From positions 1,500,001 to 1,532,000 of the forward strand of contig NC_017039.1 in NCBI RefSeq assembly GCF_000284455.1: DNA of 32,000 nucleotides, written 5' to 3'. Position numbers and translations under genes: made by a program. The notes below the pieces were generated by a model. The model had not been told where the DNA came from, did not search any database, and saw nothing but the letters and a program-made list of their open reading frames with translations. Shown here one piece after another: positions 27,500 through 32,000 of the stretch. Positions within the stretch are counted from its first letter, which is position 1; every line of letters begins with the position of its first letter. The DNA comes from Synechocystis sp. PCC 6803 substr. PCC-P. Lineage in GTDB: Bacteria > Cyanobacteriota > Cyanobacteriia > Cyanobacteriales > Microcystaceae.

Positions 27500-30289
27500 T
27501 CAAGTCAATCGCCCAGCTTGAAGATCAACAAGTATTCTATTTTTCATTGCTGCAATTTGTTCTGGTTTTAAGATTTTATCTCCTGCCGAATAAATAACAA
27601 TATCTTGCGCAACAATATCATTTGGAGATTTATTTTTAGGGTAGGTGAACAAAGTTTCTTTTTTGCCAATTTTGTCCCAAGCTCCTGCCTCATTAAAGTT
27701 AATTTCAGCATGGTTACCATTGGGTCGGTACTTACAAACATTTATTTGCTCTTTACGACTAAGCTCCTCCATTGAAGTCATAGCAACATCATCATGACCA
27801 CCTTGACCTTCAACTGGTCTGCCTTCTAACTGTGGTTTAACTTTGTTCTTGATTGCATTGTATTCAGCCTCAGTTATTTTGTTTGCTTTTTTTAAATTGC
27901 TAGCAATCTCTAAACGTTGCTCAGGACTCAAATTTTCTGTTTCATTGAGAATTTTATTGACTACATTCTGCCGAATTTGATATTTCGGAATAGTTGAGTT
28001 AGTTTGCTGGGGCGTAGTTGCTGTTTTAGTAGGGGTTTGCTGAGGGGGAGGCGTTGATTTAGCTGGAGTTTGCTGGGGCGTGGTTGCTGTTTTAGTAGGG
28101 GTTTGCTGAGGGGGAGGCGTTGATTTAGCTGGAGTTCGCTGGGGCGTAGTTGCTGTTTTAGTAGGGGTTTGCTTGGGCGTGATTATTGATTTAGCCGGAG
28201 TTCGCTGGGGCGTGATTGTTGGTTTAGTGGGAGCTTGTTGAGGAGGATGAGCCAGCTTACCAGAAATAATTGGTTTTATAGCTCTTATGGTTCGATTCAA
28301 AATTTCCCCCATATACAATGATGTGGCGGCGGTTTCCATTGCTCTACGACTTCCTTCTATGATGCTGTCTCCTCCTTGAGCCACATATTCTTTGGAGCTA
28401 ATAATTGCCTGAGTTGGAATCAAAATAGCTTCTGAAGCTCCACCTGTTAAGTAAGCAGCGCCAATTCTACCGGCCAGTCTTAACCAAGAAAATTGTCCGT
28501 CTTCTCCCCTAACAGTGGCAAGCTGTTTTGTTGTTTCCATCGCCGCATCAACTGTAGAGTCAAACCAAATATCAGGTTGTGGTATTTGATTGGCAGTGAG
28601 TATTCGACCAGAAATTTTATCTGAATAAAGTTTTCCCAAAGCCTGTAATTTTTGCCTATCAATTGGATCACCAGAGGCAATTTGCTCTCCTAATCGAGAT
28701 AGTTGTGCCATAACGTCTCCTGGTTGTCCAGGATTCATCAAATCTCCTAATCCCATTTTTCCTTCGAATATATCCTTTTCCATCTGGCTGATTCTATTGA
28801 GTAGGTGTTGTCGTTCTTCATAGTCAGCTTTAATCGCCTGCAATGCTTGACTTTGAGCATCTTGGCCCGTTGTTTCTAGGTATTCGTTGCGGCGACGCCA
28901 ATCTTCAGTTTGCTGATGGGTGCTCAGATTATTTTGATGCCAAGCATTGATTTCATTTGGGTCAATTAATCCTCCGGTGAGGATGTTGATGTAGCCTCCC
29001 TTTTCGGGATCATAGACAAGGGTGGTGTGCCGTCCATCGGGATAGGTATATTCAATGTCTTGGGGAAACGTTGTTGCACCAGGAGTGGTGGAAATAACAC
29101 CAGAGCTTGCCATGGAAGCTGAGGGAATTTGTAAACCCCCTAAAATCCATCCGAGCCAAATTGCCAAACCAGCTAAACCACTATTTAAAATAGCTTGGTC
29201 AGTTCCTCCACATTGAATCCAAGTTTGCAGGCTCTGACCACATTCAGCCCAACCGCCGTCATCGGCCCAGACCGGTTCCATTTGCCCTAATGTCAAACTC
29301 CCCGCAGTGAAGATAATAAATAGGGAGAGAGCAGAAGTTGTTGACCGCTTTCCGCTAAAGAATTGCCACAACGTAACGGCGATCGCCGCGATGAAGAATA
29401 GTCGCAGTAGGGAGGGAGCCAGCCAGAGAAGGAGAGCCGCTAGGCCAAAACCCACAGCCATACCAGAGAGAAGTTGTTGGCACTGGTCAGAGGTCAGAGG
29501 GTGGAGAGATTTACCCTTGCGGATCAGTTTTTGGGCATCTTGCCAACTAAGTTTGAGCACTAAGCGGAGAAAGTGAGTGGATTCCTGGAGTGCCACTAGG
29601 GTAAATAACAGAATCTGGAGACTGACCAGAAGATTGCCAAACAACAAAGCAAATACCAACGCCCCGGAAAAGCCCAACCATAGAATAGGAGCTTTGAACT
29701 GGCTACTCTGTTGGCAAAAACTGACGACTGTAGCAGGGAAAGACGTGATCGCTTTAAGATATTGCCCCAGGGTACCGTGTATTAATTGGGACAATAGTAT
29801 TCCCGTGAAAATCCAGAATAAACTACCTGCAATCACCTCACCGCCTAATACTAAAACGGAATCGAACCAGGGATTGGTACCAGTGAGATTAAACCCGTCA
29901 TTGACGACAACGAGTAGAAAAAGATGAAGCAGCCAAACAATAACAATGAGAAAAATTCCTAAAACTATTTGCTTGGGAATTCCTTTGAGTACCGAACCGG
30001 CGAGCCAGCCGAGGAGTTGTCCCAAGTTTTGGGGTTCTTTCATTTGTTGGGTTAATGCTGTTCCTGGCGGTGAATCGGTTGCTTCTTTAGGTGGATTCTT
30101 GCGTTCCCAAGCTTGGCCATTCCAACAGAGCCACATACCACCGGGATGTTCAATGTGCCACCAGTTCCCCTGGGCATCCTGCACCCGAAGACGGTCTAAC
30201 CAAGCAGTAAATTCTGTTGCTGAAATATGACGCTCATGCAACTGCTGACACCAATCATAATACATTTGCTCGGCTTCGACAAAGTCCAT
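27500..30289 (-). CDS. Large (929-aa) polytopic membrane protein with N-terminal WWHI/WLCWNGQAW domain, Pro/Thr repeat linker and distinct C-terminal module
   Basis: Continuous ATG-start ORF; several hydrophobic segments in the N-terminal half; TPTKTATTPQQTPAKSTPPPQQ repeats; globular C-terminus GGHDDVAMTSMEELSRKEQINVCKYRPNGNHAEINFNEAGAW.... Confidence 0.85.
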   Translation of the reverse strand: MDFVEAEQMYYDWCQQLHERHISATEFTAWLDRLRVQDAQGNWWHIEHPGGMWLCWNGQAWERKNPPKEATDSPPGTALTQQMKEPQNLGQLLGWLAGSVLKGIPKQIVLGIFLIVIVWLLHLFLLVVVNDGFNLTGTNPWFDSVLVLGGEVIAGSLFWIFTGILLSQLIHGTLGQYLKAITSFPATVVSFCQQSSQFKAPILWLGFSGALVFALLFGNLLVSLQILLFTLVALQESTHFLRLVLKLSWQDAQKLIRKGKSLHPLTSDQCQQLLSGMAVGFGLAALLLWLAPSLLRLFFIAAIAVTLWQFFSGKRSTTSALSLFIIFTAGSLTLGQMEPVWADDGGWAECGQSLQTWIQCGGTDQAILNSGLAGLAIWLGWILGGLQIPSASMASSGVISTTPGATTFPQDIEYTYPDGRHTTLVYDPEKGGYINILTGGLIDPNEINAWHQNNLSTHQQTEDWRRRNEYLETTGQDAQSQALQAIKADYEERQHLLNRISQMEKDIFEGKMGLGDLMNPGQPGDVMAQLSRLGEQIASGDPIDRQKLQALGKLYSDKISGRILTANQIPQPDIWFDSTVDAAMETTKQLATVRGEDGQFSWLRLAGRIGAAYLTGGASEAILIPTQAIISSKEYVAQGGDSIIEGSRRAMETAATSLYMGEILNRTIRAIKPIISGKLAHPPQQAPTKPTITPQRTPAKSIITPKQTPTKTATTPQRTPAKSTPPPQQTPTKTATTPQQTPAKSTPPPQQTPTKTATTPQQTNSTIPKYQIRQNVVNKILNETENLSPEQRLEIASNLKKANKITEAEYNAIKNKVKPQLEGRPVEGQGGHDDVAMTSMEELSRKEQINVCKYRPNGNHAEINFNEAGAWDKIGKKETLFTYPKNKSPNDIVAQDIVIYSAGDKILKPEQIAAMKNRILVDLQAGRLT
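28003..28246 (-). repeat. About 3.6 copies of a 66-bp in-frame tandem repeat (22-aa unit)
   Basis: Unit starts at 28003, 28069, 28135 and 28201 (tttgctggggcgtrgttgctgttttagtaggggtttgctgagggggaggcgttgatttagctggag), the last partial and diverged. Confidence 0.88.
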
Positions 30290-30291
30290 GG

Positions 30292-31314
30292 TTACTTGTC
30301 TCCTAATTTCAGCAGTTGTTCAGCAGGAATATAGTTAACGCCGTCCTTGGTACCAATCCAAAAGTTGCCCGCCTGATCTTCCAGCATGACTTTTACCTCT
30401 TGGTTGGCTAACCCATCTGCTTCCGTCAGGGTTAACCAGTTTTCTCCTGCTAAACGAGCTAGGCCGTCATTTTCTGAGCCGAGCCAAAGCACCCCTTGGC
30501 GGTCTTGGTAAATGGAGCGTACTTTGGCCCCGGCCAATCCGTTTGCCGCTGTTAAGGTTTTTCGGACTACCCAGCCAGAGTTATTGGCTTCCAGTTGGGC
30601 CGCTCCGCCTCGGTCAAAGAAACCAGTTCCGACCCAAACCTTATTGCTGTCCTTGATCCAGAGGCTCGTAATATTATTATGGGGCAGTCCATTGCTGGTA
30701 GAGAATTTTTGACAGGTTTTCTTAAGACAATAATTGAGGCCACCCCGGGGAGCCACAGAGGAACCGAACCACATCCCCCCCTGAGAGTCTTGGGCAATGA
30801 GATTAATCATTAAATCTGGTAAACCATCAGCCATTCCTAACCAACGCCATCCCGCTTTTTCTTTCACCGCCGCCCCCTGCCAAGTGCCAATCCACAACTG
30901 CCCCTGGCGATCGAGATAGAGGGTATTGATGGGTTCACGGAAGCGGGAATCATCCGATTGATAAGCTTGGCAACGTTGACCGTCGTAATAGCTCAGTCCT
31001 TTGTTATGGGCAATCCAGAGCCAGTTTTGTCGATCAAGAACTAAAGCCTGGACAAAATTAACCGGGGGATCGCAGGTGATGGTTTTAACAATTTCTCGCT
31101 TTTGGATATCAATACCCACCACGCCATCTTTTCCCCCAGACCAAAGTATTTGATTCTGTAAAACCAGAGCTGACACTTCGTGGGGGGGACGAATTATTTG
31201 CCAACCAGGGCGTCTTTTGGATTGGAAATTGCGCCGCATTAAACCCAATAACTCCACAGAGAGGATCACAAAAATGCCCAATAGCAACAGAAAACGCCAT
31301 GGTTTCATTTTCAC
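30292..31314 (-). CDS. Membrane-anchored two-component-regulator-type (Reg_prop) beta-propeller without a kinase
   Basis: N-terminal TM RFLLLLGIFVILSVELLGLM; repeated LYLDRQGQLWIGTWQG, LIAQDSQGGMWFGSS, LWIKDSNKVWVGTGF, IYQDRQGVLWLGSENDGL, MLEDQAGNFWIGTKDGV. Confidence 0.85.
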   Translation of the reverse strand: MKMKPWRFLLLLGIFVILSVELLGLMRRNFQSKRRPGWQIIRPPHEVSALVLQNQILWSGGKDGVVGIDIQKREIVKTITCDPPVNFVQALVLDRQNWLWIAHNKGLSYYDGQRCQAYQSDDSRFREPINTLYLDRQGQLWIGTWQGAAVKEKAGWRWLGMADGLPDLMINLIAQDSQGGMWFGSSVAPRGGLNYCLKKTCQKFSTSNGLPHNNITSLWIKDSNKVWVGTGFFDRGGAAQLEANNSGWVVRKTLTAANGLAGAKVRSIYQDRQGVLWLGSENDGLARLAGENWLTLTEADGLANQEVKVMLEDQAGNFWIGTKDGVNYIPAEQLLKLGDK

Positions 31315-31328
31315 AAAGCCTCCTGGGC

Positions 31329-31985
31329 TCAGGGATTGGAATGGGGGACTAATTGACCGTCCCGGAGAAGCTGAATATCCGAGGTTAGAAATTGGGCTTC
31401 AGCTAAATCATGGGTGACGTAGAGGGTACAAGCCTGGGTGAAGTCTAAGTAATCCTGAAGATAGGTTAGTAGCTCTTCTTTTAAACCTTGATCAAGGTTG
31501 GAAAGGGGTTCATCCAACAGTAAAAAAGGCGGCCGGGGAGCTAGGGTACGGGCAAAGGCTACCCGTTTAGCTTCTCCTCCCGATAGTTGGTGGGGATAGC
31601 GATCTATCAGGGGGGCAATAGCTAATCGTGCTAACAATGGCTCAATGCGTTCTTGTTGCTCTGTTTTGCTAAGGTGGGCGAGGCCAAAAGCGATGTTTTG
31701 CTGGACAGTGAGATGGGGCCAGAGAGCCGGAGATTGAAAAACAAAACCAATACCCCTTTGGTGGGGCGGTAGATAATGCTGGGGACAACTAACCTGGCGA
31801 TCGCCAAGGTAAATTTCTCCTCCATCCAGGCGATCGAGACCAGCAATCAGTCGCAGGAGGGTGGTTTTACCGCTACCGGAACGGCCAAGAATGGCAGTTT
31901 TTCCCCCTGGAGGAATAGTTAGACATAGTTGCCGTAACACCGCCACGGAACCATAGGTTTTGCTCACCTGTTCAACTCTGATCAT
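31329..31985 (-). CDS. ABC transporter ATP-binding protein
   Basis: 218 aa, Walker A GRSGSGKTT, signature LSGGEAKRVAFAR, Walker B FLLLDEPLSNLD, H-loop YVTHDLAEA. Confidence 0.95.
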   Translation of the reverse strand: MIRVEQVSKTYGSVAVLRQLCLTIPPGGKTAILGRSGSGKTTLLRLIAGLDRLDGGEIYLGDRQVSCPQHYLPPHQRGIGFVFQSPALWPHLTVQQNIAFGLAHLSKTEQQERIEPLLARLAIAPLIDRYPHQLSGGEAKRVAFARTLAPRPPFLLLDEPLSNLDQGLKEELLTYLQDYLDFTQACTLYVTHDLAEAQFLTSDIQLLRDGQLVPHSNP

Positions 31986-32000
31986 ACTTTTTCCCCCGGC

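Noticed and set aside
27500-27760. HAE motif (NGNHAEINF) in the C-terminus of the 929-aa protein as a deaminase-toxin active site
   Set aside because: A deaminase fold also needs a downstream PCxxC zinc motif, which is absent in the remaining sequence.
28003-28246. Possible CRISPR-like array
   Set aside because: Units are contiguous 66-bp in-frame coding repeats with no unique spacers; this is a protein tandem repeat.
29307-30230. Plus-strand ORFs 29307..29576, 29577..29927 and 29946..30230
   Set aside because: Fully antisense to the 929-aa gene; composition is that of a shadow frame.

Overview
This window looks like a chromosomal segment of Synechocystis sp. PCC 6803 or a very close relative. 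That assignment comes from recognised proteins and gene order plus the dense GCGATCGC (HIP1) palindromes, not from a database search. Contents in order: the body of a large TamB/DUF490-like protein running off the left edge on the minus strand; a Rieske-containing FAD protein (CrtLdiox-type lycopene cyclase); a small DUF6335-like protein; cobO; a 71-aa protein with a duplicated helical motif; a SpoIID/LytB protein; ndhH; three small or hydrolase ORFs; an intact IS5-family insertion sequence with unusual repeat-rich flanks; coaBC; a DUF2555-like protein; the iron-stress genes isiA, isiB and an isiC-like hydrolase with a readable isiA promoter/Fur-like box; ylqF/rbgA-like; ychF; galE; small cyanobacterial proteins; the phycobilisome-degradation pair nblA1/nblA2; and a poorly characterised accessory block (about 23.3-31.3 kb). 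The accessory block holds a secreted protein made of two near-identical 49-aa repeats, three zinc-ribbon proteins, a 929-aa polytopic membrane protein with a 66-bp tandem-repeat linker and an AT-rich 3' module, a standalone membrane-anchored beta-propeller, and an ABC ATPase. The last four genes on the minus strand are packed like one operon. This block is the best candidate for an undescribed system, but its function cannot be settled from sequence alone. No tRNA, rRNA or CRISPR array was recognised.
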